Positions 37,145-47,267 of a stretch of DNA of 61,990 nucleotides are shown in pieces. This stretch comes from Dehalococcoidia bacterium. Lineage in GTDB: Bacteria; Chloroflexota; Dehalococcoidia; GIF9; AB-539-J10. The stretch covers positions 1 through 61,990 of the forward strand of contig DAOUEN010000069.1 in NCBI GenBank assembly GCA_034430415.1, given 5' to 3'. The position numbers and the translations under genes were made by a program. The notes beneath the pieces were generated by a model. It ran no database searches. It was not told the origin of the DNA and saw only the letters and a list, made by a program, of their open reading frames with translations. Each line of letters begins with the position of its first letter. Within the stretch, counting starts at the first letter, position 1.

Positions 37145-38005
37145 CTAGTCAGGCCTGAGGAGCTCCCGCAGCCTCTCGGCTACAATCTGGTCGATTGTTC
37201 CTTTCTCCAGAGCTATAGGAACCGTTGCCATCCCCAACGCCTTGTAGAGCTGAAGGTGAGACGGGGCTCTGTTCGCCAGGGCATCGAGGTGCCTCCTTAT
37301 GGTGTCCAGGTCTCCCCGAGCGATGGGACCCGTAAGGCAGCCGGGGAAGCCAACGCTGTCAATGTTGTTCACGGTACCGCGCAGCAACGGCAGATACGCC
37401 TCGGTGGCCTCCGCGGTGGATTTCCCGAAGTTCTGCCACAGATCCGCTGCTAGCTTGACCACAGTATAAACGTAGTTGCAGGCGATGGCTGCCGCTGCAT
37501 GGTAGAGAGCTTTGTCGTCCGGCGCAAGATACACCCAACTGCCCTGTAGGACAGCAGCGAACTCTTTTAGTACACTCAGCAATGGCTCGTCAGCCTGCAC
37601 GGCAAAAGTCGAGCCGGGCAGGTTGTCCACGGCCTGCTCGATGCTGGCAAACGTCTGACAGGGATGAATCGAACCCACCATTGCGCCCTGCTGCCTCGCT
37701 GGCTCCAAAATGTCGGTGGAGCAAGCGCCACTGCAATGTAGCACTGCTTGCCCGGTATGCCAGCTAGCCTGCGCAGCAACCTTCGGGATAACATCATCCG
37801 GCGTGGTGATGAACACAAGCTCCGCTCTATCTGCGAGCTCCTGAGCCCTCTTGCAGATTCCACAATCAGGAACAGCCCTCGCGAACCTCTCCGCCGCGGC
37901 ACAACTCAGGTCATACACAGCAATCACTTCGTAGTTCTGCTGGGATAGCCTGACGCCGAACGCTGTGCCCACCGGCCCAGCGCCAATGAATCCGATCCTT
38001 CGCAA
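37145..38005 (-). CDS. Rossmann-fold oxidoreductase with a DUF2520-type C-terminal domain (possible PanG-like ketopantoate reductase)
   Basis: IGFIGAGPVG dinucleotide fold. C-terminal LTGPIARGD..TIRRHL. TTG 38005 is preferred (AGGAGG plus 7 nt); the maximal ORF starts at GTG 38014. Confidence 0.7.
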   Translation of the reverse strand: MRRIGFIGAGPVGTAFGVRLSQQNYEVIAVYDLSCAAAERFARAVPDCGICKRAQELADRAELVFITTPDDVIPKVAAQASWHTGQAVLHCSGACSTDILEPARQQGAMVGSIHPCQTFASIEQAVDNLPGSTFAVQADEPLLSVLKEFAAVLQGSWVYLAPDDKALYHAAAAIACNYVYTVVKLAADLWQNFGKSTAEATEAYLPLLRGTVNNIDSVGFPGCLTGPIARGDLDTIRRHLDALANRAPSHLQLYKALGMATVPIALEKGTIDQIVAERLRELLRPD

Positions 38006-38038
38006 ACCCGTCACCTCCTAATATGATGTCCGACCTAT

Positions 38039-38066
38039 AGTATAGAGGTGGGAGAAGTCGTGTCAA
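38039..38066 (-). promoter_or_regulatory. candidate promoter TTGACA-16-TATACT for the DUF2520-panB operon
   Basis: On the minus strand, TTGACA is at 38066-38061 and TATACT at 38044-38039. Confidence 0.5.
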
Positions 38067-38111
38067 TGGCCGGTCTCTGCCCGGCAGGCAGCATACCGAC
38101 ACGCTGCATGT

Positions 38112-38140
38112 TTGATGATATGGGTGCTCTACGGTAGAAT
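38112..38140 (+). promoter_or_regulatory. candidate promoter TTGATG-17-TAGAAT for ilvD
   Basis: Hexamers at 38112-38117 and 38135-38140. GAGGAGG RBS before ATG 38174. Confidence 0.45.
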
Positions 38141-38173
38141 GACGTCGCGCTGCCAAGCCAGAGGAGGTAATGA

Positions 38174-39841
38174 ATGAGAAGTGATGTTGTCAAGAAGGGT
38201 ATCGAGAGAGCGCCACATAGATCGTTGCTTTACGCAGCAGGTTGCTCGTCCACTGACTGGGACAAGCCGTTTATCGGAGTGATCAATAGCTTCACTAGAA
38301 TTGTCCCTGGCCATGTTCATCTACAGTCCATTGCCCGGGCGGTAAGCGAAGGCGTCTACAGCGGGGGCGGTGTGCCATTTGAGTGCAATACTATCGCTGT
38401 CTGCGACGGAATTGCTATGAACCATGCAGGAATGAAGTACAGCCTGCCCAGCAGGGAGCTAATTGCCGACTCTGTAGAAGTCCTGGTAGAGGCTCATGCT
38501 TTCGATGCGTTGGTGTTCATCCCGAACTGCGACAAGATAATACCCGGCATGCTCATGGCGGCAGCCAGGCTGAACCTGCCATGTATCTTCGTCAGCGGTG
38601 GACCTATGATGGCAGGAAGGCTCTGCCAGGACAATCAGGTAAGGTCCGTTGACCTGATCACGGTTTTCGAGGCGGTAGGTAAGACCGTAAGGGGACAGAT
38701 GGCTGAGGCTGAATTGGAGCAATTGGAGAAGGTTGCCTGTCCCGGTTACGGCAGTTGTGCTGGCATGTTCACCGCCAATACCATGAACTGCCTTACCGAG
38801 GCTCTAGGCATGGCTTTGCCCGGTAACGGGACGGTGCCGGCCGTGCAGAGCCGTAGAGTGCAGTTGGCATATGAAGCCGGCCGCCAGGTCATGGAGGTAC
38901 TATCCAAGGGAATTCGGGCCAGAGACATCATCACCCGCGATGCTATCTTCAACGCCTTCGCAGTCGATATGGCTCTTGGAGGCAGTACTAACTCGGTCCT
39001 CCACCTCACAGCGGTGGCTCACGAAGCCGGAATCGACTTCGCCCTGTCGGAAATAAATGAGGTCAGTCAAGGCACGCCTCACATATGCAGACTGAGCCCG
39101 GCCGGACATCACCACATTGAAGATCTGGATCTAGCCGGCGGCATCCCGGCAGTTATGCAGGAGATATCAGGATTGTTGAACTTGAAGACACAGACTGTAC
39201 TGGGACAACCGTTGGGCGAGGTCATCAAGGAAGCCAGAGTCAGGAATAGGGACGTGATCCATACGCTATCCAGCCCCTACGAACCGACGGGCGGCCTCAG
39301 TATCCTGTTCGGCAATCTGGCTCCCGGAGGCGCCGTGGTAAAGAGCGGCGCAGTAGCTCCTGAGATGCAAGTCCACCGGGGGCCAGCACGGGTTTTCGAC
39401 ACCGAGGAAGAAGCCACTGAAGCAATAATGAGTGAGGCATTTAAGCCCGGGGATGTGCTCGTAATCAGGTACGAAGGGCCAAAGGGCGGACCGGGCATGC
39501 GAGAGATGTTGACCCCTACATCGCTTCTCAGTGGCATGGGCATGGACAAGGAGGTAGCGCTGGTAACCGATGGACGGTTTTCTGGAGGTTCCCGTGGCGC
39601 AGCCATTGGCCATGTTTCCCCGGAGGCAGCGGAAAAGGGGCCGATAGCGGCTCTAAGGAATGGTGACACCATCAGGATAGACATACCCAAGCAGAAGTTG
39701 GAAGTAGACATAAGCCGAGAAGAGATGGAGCGAAGACTAGCTTCGCTACCTCCCTTCGAGCCCAAGATCAAGACCGGCTATCTCAAACGGTACAGCGAGA
39801 AGGTTAGTTCGGCAAGTAGAGGAGCGGTGTTCGGTGACTAG
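38174..39841 (+). CDS. ilvD: dihydroxy-acid dehydratase
   Basis: [37 protein letters not shown] and [19 protein letters not shown]. Confidence 0.96.
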   Translation: MRSDVVKKGIERAPHRSLLYAAGCSSTDWDKPFIGVINSFTRIVPGHVHLQSIARAVSEGVYSGGGVPFECNTIAVCDGIAMNHAGMKYSLPSRELIADSVEVLVEAHAFDALVFIPNCDKIIPGMLMAAARLNLPCIFVSGGPMMAGRLCQDNQVRSVDLITVFEAVGKTVRGQMAEAELEQLEKVACPGYGSCAGMFTANTMNCLTEALGMALPGNGTVPAVQSRRVQLAYEAGRQVMEVLSKGIRARDIITRDAIFNAFAVDMALGGSTNSVLHLTAVAHEAGIDFALSEINEVSQGTPHICRLSPAGHHHIEDLDLAGGIPAVMQEISGLLNLKTQTVLGQPLGEVIKEARVRNRDVIHTLSSPYEPTGGLSILFGNLAPGGAVVKSGAVAPEMQVHRGPARVFDTEEEATEAIMSEAFKPGDVLVIRYEGPKGGPGMREMLTPTSLLSGMGMDKEVALVTDGRFSGGSRGAAIGHVSPEAAEKGPIAALRNGDTIRIDIPKQKLEVDISREEMERRLASLPPFEPKIKTGYLKRYSEKVSSASRGAVFGD

Positions 39842-39909
39842 GAGCCCCATGTTGACGGAGTTCGCCCTCCCGGTCGGGTACATGGCATGCCAGGGAAGGA
39901 AGGGTTCAA

Positions 39910-40308
39910 TTGAGTCCGTTACTTGAGATGATACTGCGCGTGCTTTTGGCTGCAGTCCTAGGCGCGGCCATCGGCTACGAGCGAGAACGACACGGCAAGG
40001 CAGCGGGCCTGCGCGACCATATCTTGATCTCGGTGGGGGCAGCACTATTCACCATAGCTTCCATGTTTGGCTTCGGGGTAGGGGCTGACTCCTCAAGAGT
40101 CGCTGCCGGCATTGTAGCAGGAGTCGGTTTCATTGGCGCCGGCGTCATCTTCCGTGGTGGGGAAGGAGTAGCCGGGATCACTACCGCAGCCAGTATCTGG
40201 GTAGCTGCTGCCATAGGCCTGGCCGCCGGCGCTGGCCTCTACCTGATTTCTGCTGTGGCGACAGCCATCACTGTAGGCACCCTCCTAATCCCCAAAACCC
40301 GCGACTAA
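39910..40308 (+). CDS. MgtC/SapB-family membrane protein (membrane domain only)
   Basis: LAAVLGAAIGYERE...GLRDHILISVGAALF signature. 132 aa. TTG start. Confidence 0.8.
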   Translation: MSPLLEMILRVLLAAVLGAAIGYERERHGKAAGLRDHILISVGAALFTIASMFGFGVGADSSRVAAGIVAGVGFIGAGVIFRGGEGVAGITTAASIWVAAAIGLAAGAGLYLISAVATAITVGTLLIPKTRD

Positions 40309-40343
40309 AGCTCCTGTACCATGTTCCTTCGATGGCCTGGAGA

Positions 40344-40979
40344 TTACTGCAGCTTGCCTACGGGCATTATGTACAAAGGCTTAATCTGTTCATCCAGCCT
40401 TAGGACATTTCTAACCTCTTCGTCATCGAAGGCACCCACCTCCACAGCAGCCAGGCCCAAAGCCACAGCCTGAAGATGAACATTCTCTGCCACATGTCCC
40501 ACCTCCATGTGAACGTACCTCTCGCCGCGTTTTCCATATCTGTAAGTGGTCCTGTGGTAGAGCGTACAGATAACGATATCCATCGGCGCAGAGGCGATGA
40601 AGCCCTGATCTAGTGCCGCCCTGGCCAAGTCCTCTCTGAGATCGCCCGACAGGTGCAAGGTGAGTGCATGACGGCTCACTTCGTAGTGGTAGACAGCAGC
40701 TTGTAGGGCTCCTACGGTCTCTCTGCCAACGGCAGCAAGGATTTCCAGGGGATAAGTGGCACCAGCACTGGGTGCTGCTCTGGACTGCCGGGGCCCCGTC
40801 ATGCCCTGGGCCGCCCAGACTAGCTGGCCCGCCTGGACTAGAGTCAGTGGCTCCGCCGCGTATGTTCGGACAGACCTGCGTTTCGCTATGGCCTCTTCTA
40901 CCGAGAGCCTTCCTTTCGGTTGGGGAGGGGGAAGCTTGATCACAGGTCCAGGATCGTCCCGTTCTGCAAGAAGCGACAC
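40344..40979 (-). CDS. SagB-type dehydrogenase / nitroreductase-family protein
   Basis: RRSVRTY, R..PSAGATYPLE, YRYG.RGERY...E.GH..EN..LQA..LGL pattern. Lies 11 nt downstream of rtcB on the same strand. Confidence 0.8.
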   Translation of the reverse strand: MSLLAERDDPGPVIKLPPPQPKGRLSVEEAIAKRRSVRTYAAEPLTLVQAGQLVWAAQGMTGPRQSRAAPSAGATYPLEILAAVGRETVGALQAAVYHYEVSRHALTLHLSGDLREDLARAALDQGFIASAPMDIVICTLYHRTTYRYGKRGERYVHMEVGHVAENVHLQAVALGLAAVEVGAFDDEEVRNVLRLDEQIKPLYIMPVGKLQ

Positions 40980-40990
40980 CGGCTCACCGC

Positions 40991-42469
40991 CTATCCTTTG
41001 ATTACACCTATGGGGACAGCCATAGCTACTTTCCTAGAAATGCCGGCCTTATGGACCACGTCAACTACTTCAGAGACATCTTTGTAAGCCTGGGATGCCT
41101 CTTCGGCCAGAGAGTTAAGATCTCCCGTCTTGATTGTTATGCCCTGGCTCTCCAGTCGTCGGGCTACGTCCCTGCCTTTCAGGCTTCTCCTAGCAGCGCT
41201 GCGACTCAGTACCCTGCCGGCACCGTGGCAAGTAGACCCAAAGCTCTCCTCCATTGCCTTCTCTGTGCCTACCGCAATAAACGAGCAGCGCCCCATGTCG
41301 CCCGGGATCAGCACAGGCTGGCCGATACTCCTGTATCTTTCAGGAACATCCTGGTGGTTCGGCGGAAAGGCCCTGGTGGCCCCTTTACGATGCACGCAAA
41401 CCTTGAGCCTCCGACCCTCTACAAGATATTCCTCCAGCTTTGCAATGTTATGAGCCACATCGTACACCTGCCTGATGCCAATTTCTTCAGCACTTTTGGC
41501 GAAGACCCTACAGAAGCTCTCCCTCACCCAATGGGCGATACACTGCCGATTGCACCAGGCGTAATTGGCCGCGCATGACATAGCAGCGAAGTAGTCCTGC
41601 CCCTCCTTCGAATCCAGAGGGGCACAGGCAAGTTGACGGTCGGGCAGAGCTATGCCGTACTTCAAGGCTGCCTGTTCCATCACCCGCAGATGGTCAGTGC
41701 AGGTCTGATGACCGAAACCACGAGATCCAGTGTGGATGAGAACCAACACCTGTCCGCTTTGGCTTATCCCCATGGCACTGGCAGCGTCAGCATCGAAGAT
41801 CTCCCTTACCACCTGAACCTCAAGAAAATGATTTCCCGAACCCAAAGAGCCGACCTGAGGCATACCCCTTTTTACCGCCTTGTCACTTATCTTGCCTGGA
41901 CCAGCGCTCTCCATGCACCCGCCCTCTTCAGTGACATCCAGGTCTTCCTCAGAGCCAAAGCCATGCTCCACCGCCCAGCGTGCTCCCTTAACCATGATCT
42001 CGCCCATCTCTCTCTGACTCAATTTTATCTTCCCTTCCGAGCCCAAACCAGATGGGACGTTGTGGAACATCTCATCGACAAGTTGCCCGATCTTGGGCCT
42101 CACTTCGCTTTCGCTGAGGCCAGTCCGCAACAACCTCACTCCGCAGTTAATGTCGTAGCCTACACCACCTGGCGAGATGACGCCTTCGGTGACATCCATG
42201 GCTGCCACTCCGCCTATGGGAAAGCCATAACCCCAGTGGATATCCGGCATGGCAAAGGAAAATCTGACAATGCCCGGAAGGAAGGCCACATTGGCAACTT
42301 GTTCCGGCGTTTGTTCCTCCCGCATGGACGCCAGAGCTGCCTCGCTGGCATAGATCAAGCCGGGAACTCTCATACCAGGCTTATAGCTGGCTGGTATCTC
42401 CCAGCGATAGTCGTCTATCTTGTTGAGTTTCCCTTGCCAAGTTGACATCTCTCGGCTCCTAGACATCAA
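40991..42469 (-). CDS. rtcB: RNA-splicing ligase RtcB
   Basis: PDIHWGYGFPIGG, GGVGYDINCGVR, GSGNHFLE and HGAGR motifs. Confidence 0.95.
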   Translation of the reverse strand: MMSRSREMSTWQGKLNKIDDYRWEIPASYKPGMRVPGLIYASEAALASMREEQTPEQVANVAFLPGIVRFSFAMPDIHWGYGFPIGGVAAMDVTEGVISPGGVGYDINCGVRLLRTGLSESEVRPKIGQLVDEMFHNVPSGLGSEGKIKLSQREMGEIMVKGARWAVEHGFGSEEDLDVTEEGGCMESAGPGKISDKAVKRGMPQVGSLGSGNHFLEVQVVREIFDADAASAMGISQSGQVLVLIHTGSRGFGHQTCTDHLRVMEQAALKYGIALPDRQLACAPLDSKEGQDYFAAMSCAANYAWCNRQCIAHWVRESFCRVFAKSAEEIGIRQVYDVAHNIAKLEEYLVEGRRLKVCVHRKGATRAFPPNHQDVPERYRSIGQPVLIPGDMGRCSFIAVGTEKAMEESFGSTCHGAGRVLSRSAARRSLKGRDVARRLESQGITIKTGDLNSLAEEASQAYKDVSEVVDVVHKAGISRKVAMAVPIGVIKG

Positions 42470-42878
42470 ATATTACCTGCACTTTGTAGCCATCGTCCTT
42501 GTCTATCCTCAGCATATGATAGGTAGCCGCCTTTACTCCCATCCTCATTGTGTGCCTTTGAGGGTCAATGGTCTCCCCGTAACAGGCAGCGTCAAGGCAA
42601 CCATCAGCCAGGCTAATGATGTCAAAGCGCCTGAACACAGTGTGGTCGGCGTCAAGAAGGTAGATGAGTTCATTAAGCCACTCCACTAATAGACCACCCT
42701 CGTCTTCACTGGTTATCTTCAAATCGCGCCTGAAGTCCTCTCTGATGTCTTCAATGTCAGTGACCAAGCTAACCAATGCCAAGGCAGCATTTGAGAAGAG
42801 TTCCTTAATGTCACTCCCATAGGCAACAATGCCGACATCCGCCGTGTGGTCAATGATCTCGAAAGACTTGGTTGTCAC
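42459..42878 (-). CDS. archease (RtcB activator)
   Basis: FEIIDHTADVGIVAYG N-terminus, VKAATYH near the C-terminus, 139 aa. Overlaps the rtcB start by 11 nt. Confidence 0.9.
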   Translation of the reverse strand: MTTKSFEIIDHTADVGIVAYGSDIKELFSNAALALVSLVTDIEDIREDFRRDLKITSEDEGGLLVEWLNELIYLLDADHTVFRRFDIISLADGCLDAACYGETIDPQRHTMRMGVKAATYHMLRIDKDDGYKVQVIFDV

Positions 42879-42985
42879 CCCATCCCCTGTATAGCCGGAG
42901 CAATTCCACTCGCAGCTTACACAGTGATACTATAGCATGTGCCAAACGAATCTTCTCCACCTTGACAAGCACATCAAGCTATCGG

Positions 42986-43014
42986 TTGACCTACGTAGGG
43001 CCGTTTGCTAGAAT
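42986..43014 (+). promoter_or_regulatory. promoter TTGACC-17-TAGAAT (with TGc extended -10) for tRNA-Val
   Basis: Hexamers at 42986-42991 and 43009-43014. The tRNA 5' end lies 10 nt downstream. Confidence 0.6.
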
Positions 43015-43023
43015 GACGTTCAG

Positions 43024-43097
43024 GGGCGGTTAGCTCAGTTGGTTAGAGCGTTGCGTTGACATCGCAGAGGTCACTGGTTCAAATCCAGTATCGCCCA
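43024..43097 (+). tRNA. tRNA-Val (anticodon GAC)
   Basis: Acceptor GGGCGGT/ATCGCCC, anticodon loop TTGACAT, T-loop TTCAAAT. No CCA. Confidence 0.93.
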
Positions 43098-43338
43098 TTC
43101 TATGTGGCGACTAGAATGCGGCGGAGTCTGTGGACAGATAGAGCGAAGCCAGAGGTCAGTAAGCCCTGTACCTCGAAGGGGCCCGCCTTGGTTGATTATG
43201 GAAGCTTTGAGACAGCACCGATAGCCAGATGGTGAAAGTGACCAGCCTTGTCATATCCTGAAATCCCGATCTACCGCCTTCTCTCAAGCTCAGCTGTACG
43301 TATGGGCTTCGTCTTGTTATGTTCATAGAGGCTTGCAT

Positions 43339-45060
43339 ATGAGCAAAGAGGAACAATTGGAGACAGTTCGCCACTCAGCCGCCCATGTCATGGCCGAAGC
43401 AGTGCAGCGCCTTTTCCCAGAAGCCAAGTTTGGCATTGGACCGGCGATTGAGAATGGTTTTTACTACGATTTCGAACTGCCGAGACCGCTGACGCCAGAG
43501 GACTTGCCCGGAATTGAGAGCGAGATGAGGGATATTATCAGTGCAGGCTTGCCCTTCACCAATGAGGAACTAGGCAGAGAAGCAGCGCGAACTCTGTTTG
43601 CATCTCAGCCCTACAAGCTGGAACTAATTGATGAGCTCCCTGGTGACGTGGTAACCGTCTATAAGCAAGGACTGTTCGCAGATCTATGTCGCGGGCCTCA
43701 CGTAGCCTCCACAGACGCGATCAAAGCCTTCAAACTCACTCACATTGCGGGAGCGTACTGGCGGGGCGATGAGAAACGCCCTATGCTGCAAAGGATATAT
43801 GGTGTCGCTTTCGACACTCAGACTGATTTGGATAGTCACCTGGCCCATCTCGCTGAGGCAGCCAGGCGCGACCACAGGAAGCTGGGCAAGGAACTCGACC
43901 TCTATAGCATTCACGAGGAAATCGGCCCTGGCCTGATCTGCTGGCACCCCAAGGGGGCCATAATTCGCCAGATTGTCGAGGACTTCTGGAAAGCGGAGCA
44001 CAGGAAACAGGGTTATGACATCGTCTACACACCCCATATTGCCAAGATCGACCTATGGAAGACCAGCGGACACTGGGACTTCTACCGGAACTACCTGTAC
44101 TCCCCGATGGAAGTGGAAGAACAGCAATACATATTGAAACCGATGAATTGCCTGGGGCATATTATGATATACCAGAGCCAGATACGTAGTTATCGAGATC
44201 TACCCGTCAGGTACGCGGAATTGGGCACGGTGTACCGCTACGAACGTACTGGTGTGCTATATGGTCTGGCTAGGGTGAGAGGGTTCACGCAGGACGACGC
44301 CCATATCTTCTGTCGGTCGGACCAAATTGAGGAGGAGGTGGCCGGGGTAGTGAAGCTGGCACAGTTCATGATGGCCACCTTCGGCTTCAATGATTACGAA
44401 TTGCTCTTGTCCACGCGGCCTGAGAAGTACGCCGGCACAATGGAAATGTGGGATCAAGCCACAGAATCCCTGAAGCACGTTCTGGATGTGCTTGATTTGC
44501 CCTACAAGATAGACCCTGGTGAGGGAGTCTTCTACGGGCCGAAGATCGACATCAAACTGAGAGATGCGCTGGGGCACGACTGGCAAGGGCCCACCATTCA
44601 GGTAGACTTCAACTTGCCACAGCGCTTCAATGTCAATTACGTAGGTGATGACGGACTGGAACATACGGCAACAATGATCCACCGCACTGTCTTGGGCAGC
44701 ATGGAGCGCTTCCTGGCCTGTCTTATCGAACACTATGGCGGTGCCTTTCCTGTATGGTTGTCCCCAGTTCAGGCAGTGGTGGTCCCTATAGCAGACCGGC
44801 ATGTCCCCTATGCGCAGCAAGTCGGGAGAGAGCTAAAGCAGGCAGGGATACGTGCTCAGGTTGATGACCGTACTGAGAGGATGAACCTGAAGATCAGGCA
44901 GGCCCAACTTGCCAAGATCCCATATATGCTCATAGTCGGTGACAAGGAGACAGCCTCATCCAAGGTGTCAGTTCGCTTGAGAAGCGGTGAAGACCTAGGA
45001 TCACAGTCACCGGCCGACGCCAAGGCCAGGATCATAACATCTGTCGAGGCCAAGGTTTGA
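43339..45060 (+). CDS. thrS: threonine--tRNA ligase (starts at the editing N2 domain; no TGS/N1 domain)
   Basis: RHSAAHVMA editing motif near the N-terminus, class II core, C-terminal anticodon-binding domain. AGAGG RBS 7 nt before ATG 43339. Confidence 0.95.
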   Translation: MSKEEQLETVRHSAAHVMAEAVQRLFPEAKFGIGPAIENGFYYDFELPRPLTPEDLPGIESEMRDIISAGLPFTNEELGREAARTLFASQPYKLELIDELPGDVVTVYKQGLFADLCRGPHVASTDAIKAFKLTHIAGAYWRGDEKRPMLQRIYGVAFDTQTDLDSHLAHLAEAARRDHRKLGKELDLYSIHEEIGPGLICWHPKGAIIRQIVEDFWKAEHRKQGYDIVYTPHIAKIDLWKTSGHWDFYRNYLYSPMEVEEQQYILKPMNCLGHIMIYQSQIRSYRDLPVRYAELGTVYRYERTGVLYGLARVRGFTQDDAHIFCRSDQIEEEVAGVVKLAQFMMATFGFNDYELLLSTRPEKYAGTMEMWDQATESLKHVLDVLDLPYKIDPGEGVFYGPKIDIKLRDALGHDWQGPTIQVDFNLPQRFNVNYVGDDGLEHTATMIHRTVLGSMERFLACLIEHYGGAFPVWLSPVQAVVVPIADRHVPYAQQVGRELKQAGIRAQVDDRTERMNLKIRQAQLAKIPYMLIVGDKETASSKVSVRLRSGEDLGSQSPADAKARIITSVEAKV

Positions 45061-45084
45061 ATCTTCCTGAGGAGTGAACCCGGC

Positions 45085-45630
45085 ATAGATAAGAAAGTGC
45101 GAGTCAACCGGCAGATTAGAGCCAGAGAGGTTCGCGTCATAGGCGAGGGGGGAGAGCAGTTGGGGGTGTTGCCTCTCTATAAGGCTCTGGAAATCGCTCT
45201 TGAACATGATCTTGATCTGGTGGAAGTAGCATCGACGGCTGCCCCACCGGTATGCCGGCTCCTTGACTATGGGAAGTACAAGTATGAGCAGACCAAGAAA
45301 GACAAAAAGGCCAGAAGAGGCCAGAGGGGCTTGCTCAGGGAGGTCCGCTTCAGACCCAAGATCGAGGAGCACGACTTGCAGGCGAAGATCAAGAAGGTCA
45401 GAGAATTGCTTCAGGACGGCAACAAGGTGATGGTGCTGGTGAGATTCAGGGGGCGCGAGATCATCTATCCCGAACTGGGCTGGAAGATACTGCGAAGAGT
45501 AGCTGAGTCCCTTAAAGGAGAAGCCGTAGCCAGCGACCATCCTGTCAAGAATCAAAGAAACATAGCCCTGACGCTCTCTCCTATCTCTACTAGGAAAACC
45601 GAGGAGGCACGAACCGATGCCAAAGCTTAA
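45085..45630 (+). CDS. infC: translation initiation factor IF-3 (non-AUG start; ATA 45085 or GTG 45097)
   Basis: INRQIRAREVRVIGE..GEQLGV and VCRLLDYGKYKYE. GAGGAG lies 10 nt upstream of the in-frame ATA. Confidence 0.9.
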   Translation: MDKKVRVNRQIRAREVRVIGEGGEQLGVLPLYKALEIALEHDLDLVEVASTAAPPVCRLLDYGKYKYEQTKKDKKARRGQRGLLREVRFRPKIEEHDLQAKIKKVRELLQDGNKVMVLVRFRGREIIYPELGWKILRRVAESLKGEAVASDHPVKNQRNIALTLSPISTRKTEEARTDAKA

Positions 45631-45814
45631 GACTCATAAGGGAGCTAGTAGCCGTTTACATGTCACAGGCAGCGGCAAGCTTATGCGCACCAAGTGCGGT
45701 AAGAGCCACTTGAGGCGGAAGAAGCCTACCAGAGCCAAACGGCTCTACGACGCGCTAACGCCAGTATCAGCTCCCGATAAAAAAAGGGCAAAGAGGCTCT
45801 TGCCATACGGCTAG
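45617..45814 (+). CDS. rpmI: 50S ribosomal protein L35
   Basis: MPKLKTHKGASSRL. Overlaps the infC 3' end. Confidence 0.95.
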   Translation: MPKLKTHKGASSRLHVTGSGKLMRTKCGKSHLRRKKPTRAKRLYDALTPVSAPDKKRAKRLLPYG

Positions 45815-45861
45815 CCCAGAGAACAAGCCAATTCTCAAAACAGATCTGAGGAGGAACGACT

Positions 45862-46233
45862 GTGCCGCGAGCTAGAAGTGGAATAATTACTCACAGACGC
45901 CATAGGAAAGTGCTCCAGTTGACCAAGGGGCACTACAGTGCCAGGCATGCATTGTATCGCACTGCTCACGAGTCCATGCTTCACGCTCTGGACTACGCTT
46001 ACTGTCACCGTCGTGAAAGAAAAGGTGACTTCAGACGGCTCTGGATTGGCCGCATTAGCGCCGCTGCAAGAAGCCAGGGGCTCTCCTACAGTCAGCTTGT
46101 ATCCGGGTTGAGGAAATCGAACGTGGAAGTGAACCGCAAGATGCTGGCTGACATGGCGGTACGGGATCCCGCAGGCTTCGCAAGACTAGTGGCGTCCATT
46201 ACAGCCAATGACAGAGATACTGGGACAGCTTGA
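45862..46233 (+). CDS. rplT: 50S ribosomal protein L20
   Basis: MPRA....[12 protein letters not shown] and RRLWI.RI.AAAR. Confidence 0.96.
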   Translation: MPRARSGIITHRRHRKVLQLTKGHYSARHALYRTAHESMLHALDYAYCHRRERKGDFRRLWIGRISAAARSQGLSYSQLVSGLRKSNVEVNRKMLADMAVRDPAGFARLVASITANDRDTGTA

Positions 46234-47251
46234 TGGCATCCGTCGGGCAGCCCTTAACGAGTTAGCTCAGATTGACGAACTCGGGGGCCTTGAGTCGTGG
46301 CGTGTTCGCTACCTGGGCAAGAAGAGCAGACTAACCGGGATTCTGCGTTCGTTGACCAACCTGCCTCTGGAAGAGCGAAGACCAGTAGGGTCCCGAGCCA
46401 ACCAAATCAAGGCATCTTTACAGTCGGACTTCCTCGAAAGGAAAAGGCTCCTGGAAGAGAGACACCTGGAACTGTCTCTGGCACACAAGAGTCTGGATGT
46501 CACCCTGCCAGGTCGGACCATACCTAGAGGACGACTCCATCCGGTAACCCAGACACTCGAGGAGATCTGCGACATCTTCAAGAACATGGGTTTTCAGGTC
46601 CTCGAGGGACCGGAGGTGGAATGGGACTACTACAATTTCGAAGCTTTGAATATTCCCCAAGATCATCCAGCACGGGATATGTTCGCCACTCTGTGGATAG
46701 ACAGCGGGAGGAGCGGCGGGGCCAGGCTCCTGAGGACGCATACCTCTCCGATGCAGATCAGAATCATGGAGACGACATGTCCGCCCATAAGAGCCATAGT
46801 ACCGGGACGCACGTACAGATACGAGGCAACTGACGCTACTCACGAATCCATGTTCTACCAGGTTGAGGGATTCGCCGTAGACAAGGGTGTCACTCTGGCT
46901 GACCTGAAGGGAACACTGTTCGAGTTCTGTAGTCGCCTGTTCGGGAGGGAAAGGAGGGTACGTTTTCGCTGTGACTACTTCCCTTTCGTGGAGCCCGGGG
47001 TGGAGGTGGCTATCGAATGTCTGTCATGTAGCGGCGCCGGTTGCCGGCTATGCGGCCATAGCGGATGGATCGAAATCCTGGGAGCGGGGATGGTTCATCC
47101 CGACATTCTCAGACGTGGTAACATCAACCCCGAAGTGTATACGGGTTTTGCCTTCGGTCTCGGCGTAGAGCGAATCCCTATGCTGCGCTATGGTATTGAT
47201 GACATCCGCCTCTTCTACAGCAATGATCTCAGATTCCTAGAGCAGTTCTGA
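46208..47251 (+). CDS. pheS: phenylalanine--tRNA ligase alpha subunit
   Basis: HP...DMF.T, RTHTSP.Q.R and FPF.EP class II motifs. C-terminal GLGVERI. Confidence 0.95.
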   Translation: MTEILGQLDGIRRAALNELAQIDELGGLESWRVRYLGKKSRLTGILRSLTNLPLEERRPVGSRANQIKASLQSDFLERKRLLEERHLELSLAHKSLDVTLPGRTIPRGRLHPVTQTLEEICDIFKNMGFQVLEGPEVEWDYYNFEALNIPQDHPARDMFATLWIDSGRSGGARLLRTHTSPMQIRIMETTCPPIRAIVPGRTYRYEATDATHESMFYQVEGFAVDKGVTLADLKGTLFEFCSRLFGRERRVRFRCDYFPFVEPGVEVAIECLSCSGAGCRLCGHSGWIEILGAGMVHPDILRRGNINPEVYTGFAFGLGVERIPMLRYGIDDIRLFYSNDLRFLEQF

Positions 47252-47267
47252 GTACAAGAGAATCGAG

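Noticed and set aside
36269-37453. Long plus-strand ORF (394 aa) across panB and the DUF2520 gene.
   Set aside because: It is antisense to two well-supported minus-strand genes. Its composition is low-complexity and His/Pro/Arg-rich, it has no motifs and no RBS. This is a typical shadow ORF.
43098-43338. A T-box riboswitch or other leader upstream of thrS. The alaS, aspS, pheS and proS upstream regions were also examined.
   Set aside because: I found no T-box core (GGTGGTACCGCG-like) and no convincing specifier-loop/antiterminator pair. The 240-nt tRNA-Val to thrS spacer remains unexplained, but no motif supports a call.
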